Shown: positions 1-11,037, counted from the first letter of the stretch. The stretch: DNA of 36,725 bases from Octopus bimaculoides (GCF_001194135.2 NC_068981.1:70555629-70592353); one strand, 5' to 3'. The notes: generated from the sequence alone by a model not told the origin. Numbers and translations are program-made.

Positions 1-32
<32 letters not shown>
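1..32. repeat. (AT)n microsatellite
   Basis: Pure AT dinucleotide run at the window start. Confidence 0.95.
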
Positions 33-36
<4 letters not shown>

Positions 37-847
37 TATCCAGAAACTATTTCTGGATAATTTCTTTACCTCCCTCTTTTGTGGTAAAAGTTTGGTGTAT
101 ACTCAAAAGTATTCATAAATTTGTATCCTTTTGTTATAATATTCTTCTTAATAACCCTCTGAATAGCGCTAAACTTTAACTGTATACATTAGACCAACAT
201 TTTAAAAAATATATTAACTATAGTACTATATGATAAGACTTCCCCTCTTTCATTATCAATGGTCTACTATTGGCTTGCCCCTTAGTTGTCAGCTAACATC
301 TTGTTTTAAGTTTTCCTTTTACCAAATCTCATGATATTGCTTCTAGATTTTTATGACTATACCAACCATGATTTCTGTCTGCTCCCTCAGCCCTACCCTT
401 AGATGCTGCCCTTTATTCTCTCAGCCTTAGATATACAAGGATTTGATAAAATAGTCTATAATTTAAAACTGACCCCATAAAAACAAATAAAATCAATGAC
501 AGGCAGCATCTTCTTGAGGATTTAGTAACTTCTATGCTGAAGTTGAGACATGTCCTTAGTCTATCTCCTTAACTTCTTGGAGAATTTAGGTATAATTATA
601 CTAATGTGTCCATCTTTTCTAATTTAATTCAATTCTATGTCGTTGTGCAGCTGTGGATTGCTATGCATTTTAAATCGATGCATTGTCCAATTAGATGGAG
701 TTGCAGGAAAAGATCGTGCTGCATTCATTACCTCTGGATATCCTTGTTGCTTATTTTGATATATATATTTGAAAGAATGGGAGGAAATAGCTTTTGTGAA
801 GCGACAATTTTTATTTTAATATTTTACTCTTAATAATCTTTACAGTG

Positions 848-894
848 AGTTACTCTGGTTAGCGTCTCGAGCTTCGAGTAGCTGTTTTCAAACT
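848..894 (-). ncRNA. Degenerate type I hammerhead ribozyme motif, UUGAAAA core variant
   Basis: Minus strand reads AGU-UUGAAAA-C-AGCU-acucga-AGCU-C-GAGAC-gcuaacca-GA-GUA-ACU. It has a 3-bp stem I, a 4-bp stem II and a GUA site. GAAAC is mutated to GAGAC. It is an inverted homologue of 2327-2373. Confidence 0.6.
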
Positions 895-1274
895 GAAAAA
901 AGGAATGTGTTACAGGTTGCTTAAATAAAACCACACAAGTCATCTTTTGACAAGAACACAGCAATACAGACCACTCCAAAATATTCCATTTGCTTATGCT
1001 TGATGGACTTATTTGTTCTCGCCATTGTTCTCAATTACTATTAATCTTATTTTTTATTTTATTATTTTCATTTATATATTTATTTTTTTCTTTATTTCAT
1101 TTTTATTTTATTTTCTTCTTTCTTCCTTCCTCTTGTTGTTGATGTTGTGCTTCTTTTTACTTCTTCACACATGCTTTTGTTTTCGTTATATATAAATATA
1201 TATATNNNNNNNNNNNNNNNNNNNNNNNNNNNNNNNNNNNNNNNNNNNNNNNTATATATATATATATATATATC

Positions 1275-1740
1275 CAGAAGGAAGGGAAAGGACATAAGAG
1301 CAGGCCTTCAAAAAAATATACGAAAGATGGAAGGGATACTGGGAGCTGGCCGCGGGTCTAGAAAGACTATTAATATCTCCACTCATAAAAACAGCGAAAA
1401 TACCCTCCTTAATGCTATGGAAAAAAGAAAGCAAAATTGGTATTTTGCTACAGCTGTCAGCTCAATGGGACGAGAACATCGCTAATGCAGAGCAATGGAA
1501 TGAGTAGAGATATGAGAGATTAATCGAAGAATGCATGTCGAGGATTACCATCTGGCAGTCGGAGCTAGAGGCTTCTTTGAACGGAAAATGGTGATGTTAT
1601 TTAAAAGGTTGCATGTTCGAGCTCAGAGATGAGAAAAGTAATAAGGAGGTTACAGGAAGCTGTCAACAAAGTCAGCTTGTATATATATCTGAAACGAGAA
1701 GACCCGAAATGGCTTGAAAGCCATTACATTGCCGACTGGG
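1275..1740 (+). mobile_element. 3' fragment of an RLE-type non-LTR retrotransposon (R2 superfamily, HERO-like), pseudogenised
   Basis: The frame from 1322 reads ERWKGYWELAAGLERLLISPLIKTAKIPSLMLWKKESKIGILLQLSAQWDENIANAEQWNE*RYERLIEEC, then after a shift AVGARGF, then MRKVIRRLQEAVNKVSLYIYLKREDPKW. This matches the HERO-type C-terminal endonuclease pattern (RPD..LW...K...ELTVPWEE...KY..L...C...EVG.RGF...A.KAS..LW.KR). Confidence 0.75.
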
Positions 1741-2326
1741 AAACAACGTCACTAGGTGGGGTTGGCTTGCACTTAAGAAGCGTTACTGCTCCACAAGTGG
1801 GCCACGCGAACGATCTCGTTCATTTCACGCCCGCCTCCTGGTTCAAAGGATTGTACCACCAGACAGCTAGTCGGGTCTAGCTGCTGGAACGGAAGCTAAC
1901 TCGACGCTGTTGGAAGGTAGGTTAGAGAAGGCGCGGGCCAAAAGTACGCATCTTTCCATTCCATTGGTCAGTTGAAGCTTAGATAGTGTCTCATGACAGT
2001 TAGCTGTGCTGGCTGCTGCAGCCTACTGGCGCGTATTTACAAGGAGATTTCGCAGGATGGTCATTCACCCGCTGACATTTGTTGACGCTGCATCGATGAA
2101 ACCAGAGAAAAAAAAACAAAGAAAACAGGAGAAAGAAATAACGCACTCAACACCGGAACTGAAGACACCGCCCAAAAGGGGTGTGGCACATCAAAAACTG
2201 TAGAGGAGTAAGATCCGAAAAAAGGACATTGTTCCTTCAGATGATGTCTTTAGCCACTGGATCCTATAAATGAGATGTTGAGATAGCGAACAACGAAACG
2301 TGGTTGGAATACCTGATACTTTTTTC

Positions 2327-2373
2327 AGTTTGAAAACGGCTACTTGAAGCTCGAAACTCATATCAGAGTAACT
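2327..2373 (+). ncRNA. Type I hammerhead ribozyme motif, UUGAAAA core variant
   Basis: AGU(2327-29)-UUGAAAA(2330-36)-C-GGCU-acuuga-AGCU-C-GAA-ACUC-auauca-GAGU-A(2370)-ACU. Stem I has 3 bp, stem II has 4 bp under a C.C mismatch, and stem III has 4 bp. Predicted cleavage is after GUA at 2370. Confidence 0.7.
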
Positions 2374-2639
2374 CACTGCAAACATTATTAAGATTAAAAT
2401 AAAAATTATCCCCTTAAAAGATGTCATCACTACTCATTCTTTCAACAACATATAATATTGTACCAAGAACATTCTCTTTAATATTCTACTACATATATAT
2501 ATCATATATATATATATATATATATAAATCATCAGAAAATGGAGGAAGCCTCAGATTATCAAACACGTCGATTGGACCACATTTATAGCTTATTTCTTAA
2601 TATACAAAGCATGACATAACAAATAGGTGACGTAACTAA

Positions 2640-2745
2640 TCTTATGGTCGTTTCCGCATCCGTTGCCAAGCGCTGTCTATAAATAATTGCGAAAATAAAA
2701 TTCTTCATAGGACAAATGGATTAAGGCACGGAGCTTCATCAGAGA
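2640..2745 (-). ncRNA. Degenerate hammerhead motif in the 3' non-coding part of the Penelope-like element, long stem-loop II
   Basis: UCU-CUGAUGA-A-GCUCCGUGCC-[57 nt]-GGCAACGGAUGC-G-GAAAC-GACC-AUA-AGA. It lies on the same strand as the PLE ORF. The cleavage triplet is AUA, and stem III is disrupted. Confidence 0.6.
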
Positions 2746-3877
2746 ACAAGAGCATCCAATATAAACAAAAAGGAAGAAGGAATAGGGAAGAAAACATGGC
2801 CTAGACACGAAGTCTAGAAGCCCAATATATTAAAAGCATATAATCTGCCATTATTAGGGCTACGAGGTCTTTGTGTTCTTGGATAAGTTATGATAGAAAT
2901 AATAGGCATTAATACAAAGAGTTAGGTGGAAAGGCAAATTGGTATAAAAAGTAGGTAGAAGATATGGATGAGGGGTTACATCAAAACTTAGGAATAGGGT
3001 AAGAGGTGGGGTTGTTTATTTGAATACCTACAAGAGCCTCGGTAATTCCTAACAAGACAAACTATAATTAAAGAGTGAGATGTATAGCCTACATTTTACT
3101 TTCAGGCGCTACTATTTGTATGATGTGGGTTATTTGTACTATTGTGGGGTAATATAATTGTTTCTAATGTTATTTATATTTTTCGAAAGTATACATCCCT
3201 TTGTGCAGGCAAGCTACACTTCGCCCAACTCTTAGGTTCACTAATGGATTATGTGTTGTTAGAATGAAAAAAAGTTCATTAATGCAAAGGTAACATTTCT
3301 TATTCTTTTCATTATACGAAGGAGCAGTTGTGAGGATCTCTCATTATAATGTAAAGCTAGTGTTACTATCTTTGAGCTCCCAAATACACCTACTTAAACC
3401 TGTCGAATTAATTCTGTTTCTATTTCTAAAAGAATGTTGATGCGTGGCTAGTCTTCCTTCTATTTCATTTTGGGTTGCTCCAATGTAACTCATTTTGCTT
3501 GACTGTATTGTGACTGTAAACTAGTAAATTATGTCCTTAGTTCTGCAGCTGTTAGCGAAGATAAAATTATTTCTGTTCCTACAGTCACATAGATTATGCT
3601 ATGGGGAATTGCTTCCTATTGGGGTAGGTTTAGGTCTATTGAAGTTAAAGTGGTTATTTTGATTCTGAGTGTATTCTATACTAAGGTTTGAGTGTTATTG
3701 TTTCTACTAATACCGCTGCCGTTGCTATTTTTGCTACTATTTGAGTAGAAATTATCGATTTTTGCAAATATTTGAGTAAAAAGTATTTATTTTTTATTAA
3801 TATTCCCTAAATTATGTGTAAGGTTCTAATCTATCCTTATTGTACTACTATTTATAAGTTATTTGTGTTATTTATAT

Positions 3878-4077
3878 CTATCGAAAGTATAGCTCCCTTT
3901 GTGAAGGCACTTCGCCCACCTCTCAGGTTCACTAATGGATTACGTGCTGTTAGAATAAAATGCATTTCATTAATGCAATGGTAACATTTCCTATTTTTTC
4001 ATTATACGAAGGTGCAGTAGCGAGGATCTCCCATTATAACGTGAAGCTAGAGTTACTATCTTTAAGCTCCCAATTAT
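3878..4077 (-). repeat. Second copy of the GIY-YIG C-terminal coding segment
   Basis: Aligns colinearly with 3180-3390 (WELKDS...KCY.C..E...NPLVNLR...TF..YK*), with scattered substitutions and a 7-nt indel. Identity is about 85% by eye. Confidence 0.9.
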
Positions 4078-4292
4078 AAGTACCTATTATTCTTATCAAA
4101 ATGTCTATTTACAACGTTCAATAATTGCTTAGCTAAGTCCGTCCTTATTTGCATTGCAAAATGGATTATGCACCAGACCTTATCTCCTGATTTACCAGTA
4201 GTGTCTTCGTGGATGTTGTGTTTCTTCATATTATTATTCCTGCGTCCATTGACACTCCTATCTCTACTTAATATGTTACTGTTACTTATGTA

Positions 4293-4996
4293 TTGGGTTG
4301 GCAACTAAGTTCCCGCCGTTTTATTAAATTAAATTTTTGTAAAAGGTTTAATAAAAAATGATAACTAATTAATCAATAATGTATTCACCCTTGTTGTTTA
4401 CAACTTCTTCTCAACGTTCAACAAGATTTTCAATGCCTCGTTGGTAGAAATCACCCGACGATTTTGACGCGAAAAATTGATTGGTCCAACCAAGCTCTCA
4501 AATCTGAATCAGTGAAGATGCCTCTCTATAGCAGTGTGGCAGCATTCCATTTTCTCTGCCAATTCCCTTGTCGCTTGACGAGAATTTTCGTGCAAAAGTT
4601 GGTTTAATTGCTCTTCATCGAACTCAACTGGACGACCAGAACGAGGTGTGTCTTTGAGGTCAAAATTTCCATTTTTGAAATTAGCATACCAATCACGAAC
4701 GGTTATTTCAGCTATGGTACCCTCTCCATTCACAGCACAAATGTCGGGACAGGTTTTGCCGCCTTAGAACCTTGATGAAAAGCAAAAAGGAGGTGTCAAA
4801 AATGCTCCATTTTCTTAACTTGACATTCCATTTTGATTATCTGAAAATAAACAAAAATTAATTAAATCAACTAGAAAAAAATAATAAATTTCAAATGAAT
4901 GTATAGAATTCTCGAGAGAAATAGATTCCTAATTTAAAAAGGCAATGAATTCCAAAATTTGAAACAAAAACGGCGGGAACTTAGTTGCCAACCTAA
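4293..4996 (-). mobile_element. Internally deleted mariner DNA transposon (704 bp)
   Basis: TIRs of ~31 bp (ttgggttggcaactaagttcccgccgttttt / ttaggttggcaactaagttcccgccgttttt) and TA duplications at 4291-92 and 4997-98. The transposase N-terminus runs from ATG 4831 (MECQVKKMEHF...VRDWYANFKNGNFDLKDTPRSGRPVEFDEE...RELAEKM). It is joined near 4510 to the C-terminus (FYQRGIENLVER*EEVVNNKGEYIID*). Confidence 0.95.
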
Positions 4997-6675
4997 TAGT
5001 TATTCATACTGTTACTGAATTTAATCTTATTAGTATCATTTGCTGCTGCTACCTGTCCATTTTTACAACGCTTGGATGTATGGTCATGCGCAATAATCTT
5101 GCGGCTAGCATATTCGTTACTACTACTATCCTTTTTTACGTTCGTGTGGGGTATATTTAATACTAACTCTATAGCCCACCTCCAAAAGTGCCTTATCGCA
5201 CTCATCCTTATGAGTATTAAATATGTTCTAAGTAGATGAGAGATAGGAAATGCTTTTGCTAATGCCTCTTATTTAAAGCCCTTTTTACCGATTATGGATG
5301 GTTACTTTGTTAGTTTATATACTTTAGGTTAGAGTGAGGTTTCATCTAAGGTTGGTATAAATCTATATTGAAATCACAGTTAACATCTAAGTAGTTGATA
5401 GAGTAGTTGTCATTCTTTATACTAATTGAGAGGCCGAATCTATTGAAGAATTTTTACAGGCGTTTCTTTTTTTAATAAGGAACAGTGCGTCGTCTCTGTA
5501 TAGGCCACCCGCCAAGTTCAGAGAATTCTTTATAGATGTTATCTAAAAGGTAAATACCCACTAGGTCAATTACCTCCGCTAAATCAGGAGCTCCTATGTT
5601 TATGTCAAAGAAGTTAGGGGTGTTCTTCCTAGCCCACAACTTGTTATCAAATTCGATAATAGACTTGCGGGCTGTTAGGATTACGTTAATTTATTTTCTA
5701 CTTATCTTAGTATAATTCATAGCAAAAATAAGCGCATTATTTAGGATAGTGGGGTTTATGGAGAAGTAATAATTTTCAATGTCAATTTGCAGAAATTTAT
5801 GATCATCCTTATGTTTAATGTTAGAGGACCATTCTATTGCGCATTACGTGTTTGTCCATAACTGCATTTTAATATTTTTCTTAAGGACTGGTATATATTT
5901 ATCTAAGATTGCTTTGCTAAGCTTCCCTAAATCCGACTCATTGGGGAATATTAATCTGACCTGGGTATTACGTAAATAATTATTTTCATGGGCCTTAGTA
6001 TATATATACGAGGTCTAATCTGTGTAAAAGTATCAGTACAGTCATCAATATTATACTCTAACATAATCTTTTTTGACTCTATGCTGATTGTTTTAAGGGA
6101 ACTCCTAAGGACTACTTTATATCCTTTAAGGATTTCGCGGTGGATAAGTTCATGGTACTTGAAAACATTCATGTTAAAGGTGTTTCGTGTTTTGTCGGAG
6201 TGTACTATCATTCCATTCTTGGATTTTAGTTTAAGAATCATATTCTTAAGCTTCATTTGGTGCTTATTATGCATAAGAGGATGGTTCTTGAACTTAATGC
6301 TGCTAAATTAACTGTACTAGTTGCCTTCCCTTAACTATCAGCCGAGGCTGCTTACTCTTTGACAGTTCCCTCATGCATATTACAACATTAAGATGCTGAA
6401 GCACATAAACAGACAAGCACCACTTTTATCATTTTATCTCCCTCCCGCCGGACCCTCTGTCTATTCTTATTTGTTATTACTGACATATCCATTGTAACGG
6501 TTTCAACTGGAGTCCTCGGTTCAAATTGTAATTGACCAATTGTAGAGAACGCTGGACATAGATTTTCCCCATTGCATATTTTGGAGGTAAAAGAAATATA
6601 TTTACATCAATGCTACGATACTTGAAAATGTATGTGGTTATATTTTAAAAAATAAAAGAAATATTTTTCTTGGCC

Positions 6676-6713
6676 GTGTGACATCAGTGTGACATCAGTG
6701 TGACATCAGTGTG
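6676..6713 (+). repeat. Perfect tandem repeat (GTGTGACATCA)x3.5
   Basis: Three exact 11-mers followed by GTGTG. Confidence 0.95.
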
Positions 6714-7549
6714 CATTCCATTCGGCAAACATCTTACATATTAGAATCAAATTGACGAAGAAATCGGGAACAATGCCATCGTGTAAGCTGTGTATTTTTA
6801 TCGATAGACTTCAACTTACATATTTTTACAGTTATCGTGAGTTGCATACATTTGCTTATGTTCAGTACATTTGAACAATTATCGGTCGCACTATTTATTA
6901 ATATATATCGATATGTAATTTATAAGAACGAGGCAATCTAAGTGTTGGAAGTTTTTAAGCTTCGAGTAGTCCGTGGTAGGTATAAAAAAAAAAAAAACAT
7001 TCAGGAACACTAATAATCTGTCGTAGAGGTTTGTAGGCTTCTCCCATATTGAAGTTTGATAAACTGAATAAAAATAATTACATAGCCCACGGTTAGCAAA
7101 TTGAGTCGCTATGAAATCGGAGGGAGTTCGACGTTGCTGCCATCTTTCAAGTTTTATGCCGTGATGCAGGNNNNNNNNNNNNNNNNNNNNNNNNNNNNNN
7201 NNNNNNNNNNNNNNNNNNNNNNNNNNNNNNNNNNNNNNNNNNNNNNNNNNNNNNNNNNNNNNNNNNNNNNNNNNNNNNNNNNNNNNNNNNNNNNNNNNNN
7301 NNNNNNNNNNNNNNNNNNNNNNNNNNNNNNNNNNNNNNNNNNNNNNNNNNNNNNNNNNNNNNNNNNNNNNNNNNNNNNNNNNNNNNNNNNNNNNNNNNNN
7401 NNNNNNNNNNNNNNNNNNNNNNNNNNNNNNNNNNNNNNNNNNNNNNNNNNNNNNNNNNNNNNNNNNNNNNNNNNNNNNNNNNNNNNNNNNNNNNNNNNNN
7501 NNNNNNNNNNNNNNNNNNNNNNNNNNNNNNNNNNNNNNNNNNNNNNNNN

Positions 7550-7608
<59 letters not shown>

Positions 7609-7680
7609 CTGTGCGTGTATGTGTGTGTTTGCATGTATGCATGTATGTATGTGTCTCTGTGTGCATGCGCGCATGTGTGT
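7550..7680. repeat. (TG)n microsatellite with decayed flank, next to gap 7171-7549
   Basis: Directly visible. Confidence 0.95.
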
Positions 7681-8878
7681 TTATAATGCATCATTTATAA
7701 ATGTGTGTATTTTAAAATTGGTTTTATTATACATTGAATAGTATCACTAGTTTTATATCTCTTCTTAAATTTTTATTTCATATTTATAAATTTATTTTTA
7801 GATTTTAGCATTTATTGTAATAAATTTGCGTATATAATTTTATATTATTTTATCTATTATATTTATTTGATTGACGTAATGATCTATCCCATGCAATTCT
7901 GTTGTACAATACTTGAGGCAACAGACGTTTATAATACATTTAATGCATAGATTACCTATACTTTGCAACTTATCTGAATCTATACTGAAACGTTTTAATA
8001 CCTTTCAGCATTTTATAAGACTTCGTTTAGTTCTTTAAATATATAATTCAAGTCTAACAAAACTGAAGCAAGTCATCATAAAAATAATTATATAAAACGT
8101 GTAAAATACCGCTGTGTTGTCCATAGAAATTGTTCTGGTTGTTTCGTTTATCACAATTGAATCTTTAAGTATTTTATGCACGAAAATATTTCTTGAAATA
8201 AGTGTAATCACTATAATAAATAGTTAATGTTTTTATGTAATCAGTAACTTGACTGCATCATTTGTAAGGAAGCGAGTATATGTAACAATTTTAATACCGC
8301 AAACTTCAATTTTTAAATGTACGTAGGCAAGAGCACCATCACTGGAAAAGTAATATTTGAGGTATAATGTGCTGAATATATAACATTTACGCAAGAAATC
8401 TATCTGTACACCACCACACTTGACTGATGTAGATATTTAACTCGCGAATGTTTATGTTATGAAATGAAGTAATTCTAGTTCCAATGATTCTACATGGTTG
8501 GATCGTTCCCTTGTAAATCAATAAATTTAATATAGAATATGATTCAATTCTTACTTAAAGTTTAGAATAAAGAAGGTCGTTAGACGTTATGTTACATCAA
8601 GAAAATTAGGTAAAATATATTGAATATTTTGTTAATAGATTAAAAAACATCCCTACCGTAATTATCTGATTGTGACCAGAGTTATAATTTTACAGACTGT
8701 TCTGATTATGTATATAAAGTTAATAATACAAATTATTCCCTGTATATCCTCTTCTAATGTCTTTCTTTGATTACTTACCCATAGAAGTACTAAGATTTCT
8801 TCAAAGCTCACTAATAGTGATCAGAAAAATCGGTAAATAGTAGATAAATAGCCTTCTGGTATCACGTTATATTTTACA

Positions 8879-9100
8879 TTACCCTGTGCGCGTAAGCGAA
8901 AGCAAGGTATTGTAATCACTCTTTTGTCTGTGTATTTGCAAAATTACTTGAAACGTCTGAACGGATTTTCACCAAATTTGGCGGAAATACTCATTGTGTG
9001 AGTGGCTCGAAATGATGAACATTTGGTATGATTATGTTCAAACAAAAAAGATATTAAATCGAACTTACAAATTTCCCGATAAGCAAGTGGTCATATTATT
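8879..9100 (+). mobile_element. Probable non-autonomous Helentron-associated (HINE/DINE-1-like) element
   Basis: It starts ttaccc...gcaaggtattgtaatcact (5' stem-loop), followed by a short gtctgtgt tract and tgaacggattttcaccaaatttggc. I recognise this layout from HINE-like elements. The 3' end is uncertain. Confidence 0.45.
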
Positions 9101-9217
9101 TTGTTCACCTCCTTTTTCATAAGAGTCGACCCTCGTCTGCATGTGCACAGATCAGGGTGTATCTATGAGCGTAGACAAGTGTGTGTGCATGCACACATAC
9201 ATACATGCATACATACA

Positions 9218-9249
<32 letters not shown>

Positions 9250-9669
9250 CGAGTGTGTTTGTGTGCGTGTGTGTGTGTGTGTGTATATATGCGCTGATGG
9301 ATTTGGGGGTTTCGTTTATTTAAGAGTTGATTAGGTGATACTTAAAGAGAAAATCAGATAATTCAGTTCAATTAATATGGCTGGGTAAGCAACGCATTAT
9401 AAGGCACACTATACAGGGTAAGCATCGCCTGTCCAATGACATTTTTTTCATTTTATTTTTCCTTTGTAATAAGGTTGGGCTGAGGTAATGAATACAGTTT
9501 ATTATTCAACATTTAATCAAACATTCCTGCTAATGAATTTCATTCAAATGTCAGGAGTCACTTTTCTTTTGAAATAGATCTCAAAAGTTATTTTCACCGG
9601 AGACACAAGCACAGACACAAATATGCACCTCCGAATAGTTTACGTGTTCTTCCTTTGGTAACACGGCAT

Positions 9670-9765
9670 TTACCAAGTAGCGCAGGCGTTGCACAATGGG
9701 AACGGACCAAGAAACGCGGCGGAGTACAGTGGATTAGTATTTACCACGTAGCCATACATGAATGC
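9670..9765 (-). mobile_element. Decayed 5' head of the microsatellite-containing SINE family
   Basis: ttaccacgtagccatacatg resembles ttaccacacagccactctta of the copy at 24891-24910. Confidence 0.4.
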
Positions 9766-10194
9766 TTTCTTTTTATGAGTTCAAATCACATCGAGATTGA
9801 TTTTCACTTTTCTATGTCCATTTATTAAAAGGCACTTAACTTAACTATATATTTTGTTACATACAATTATGCTCGTATTTCAAATTCCGTCGATTTACAC
9901 TTTACCATTCGTTCTTCTAAGATCGGTAATATATACACCAGTTCGCTGTACACGACATTCTTTAAAAAAATTATTAACTTAAGGCCTATGTTAAATCCAA
10001 TGTTTATTTTCGACAGTGTAGTGCGGTCATATTTTGCCTTAATCGACTCTAATTCCTTTTAAAATACACTCAAACGCGCGCGCGCGGAAGTAATCACGCA
10101 CACACAAACAAACGTAAGCACGTACACACACTTACTCACACATACATATACACACCTATATATGTGCCCACGTGTGTGTGCATGTGTGTATACA

Positions 10195-10220
10195 CATACA
10201 CACACACACACACACATATA

Positions 10221-10297
<77 letters not shown>
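10195..10297. repeat. Compound (CA)n(TA)n microsatellite
   Basis: Directly visible. Confidence 0.95.
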
Positions 10298-10301
<4 letters not shown>

Positions 10302-10588
10302 ATATTACTCCCTGTAGACGTAGTACATTACATTTATTTTTATAACTTATATTTCATATCACATATAACATTATATGCTATATATAATTTATAGTAAGAA
10401 AACCATTCCTCTGTGACATAATAGAAGCAGAAGTGAACGATATGTCACCACCATGTCACATTTTCTTTTCCTTTCTCTCTCTCTTTCTCATTCCCTAAAT
10501 ATCTTTCGATCTCTACCTCTCTCTCAGTCAATAGTACACCTAATATATATGTATATATGTGTATATATGTGTAGTGGGTTAGAATAGA

Positions 10589-10801
10589 GGCAGCTGATGA
10601 AGGAATATTCCAAGTGGCTATCCGTTTTCCTATGTGTTCGTTCCGTTGTCTGTAGTTCATTGTTCTAACGTCCTGTACCCTGATATGCATATATATACAC
10701 ATGTAGATGTAAGTATGCACATATATGTGTGTATACATGTATATATATTCTTTGTATTATATATATGTATATATATATTTCCGGAACCAAAAGTTTTAGC
10801 C
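10589..10801 (+). ncRNA. Possible degenerate hammerhead with a ~165-nt microsatellite-containing loop II
   Basis: GGCAG-CUGAUGA-A-GGAAUAU...AUAUUUCC-G-GAAC-CAAAA-GUU-UUAGCC. Stem I pairs GGCAG with UU(A)GCC. The GAAA motif lacks one A. Confidence 0.4.
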
Positions 10802-11037
10802 TATATTATACGTATATTTTCTTTGACCTTCAGGCTTAAATATATTTTCCAACGTATAAATGTAAATGTTTTTTTTTGCGGGGGGGGGCTTCACACCTTT
10901 GCTATACTTGCTGTAGATTAGCTTAACCGTTGTCGCTTTCAAGTGGAAGATGTTGGAAAGTTGAGAGCCTGTCAAGATCTGGTTGGGGATATGTGTGTGC
11001 TTGAGAGAGAAAGAGAGAGAGAGAAAGAGAGAGAAAG

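Larger units (their letters stand above)
2520..6320 (-). mobile_element. Penelope-like retroelement (RT plus GIY-YIG endonuclease), 5'-truncated and decayed, interrupted by a mariner
   Basis: Minus-strand remnants in order: HSDKTRNTFNM (ORF 5951-6274); FDIENYYFSIN; FFDINIGAPDLAEVIDLVGIYLL; GLYRDD (YRDD at 5489-5500); INYLDVNCDFNIDLYQP*MKPHSNLKYIN*QSNHP; IRTDLAKQLLNVVNRHF; CDCRNR...C; IIY (3524-32)...SYIG (3479-90); KCYLC; stop at 3170-72. The 3' non-coding boundary is approximate. Confidence 0.9.

Noticed and set aside
60-760. Possible decayed retroelement coding sequence on the minus strand
   Set aside because: It is purine-rich, but I found no diagnostic motif I could assign.
2529-2535. 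Isolated CUGAUGA (minus strand)
   Set aside because: It runs into (AT)n with no matching stems.
6490-6530. GAAACCGUUA resembling the 30121 ribozyme 3' half (minus strand)
   Set aside because: The upstream core (UUGAACC) and stems I and II do not fit.
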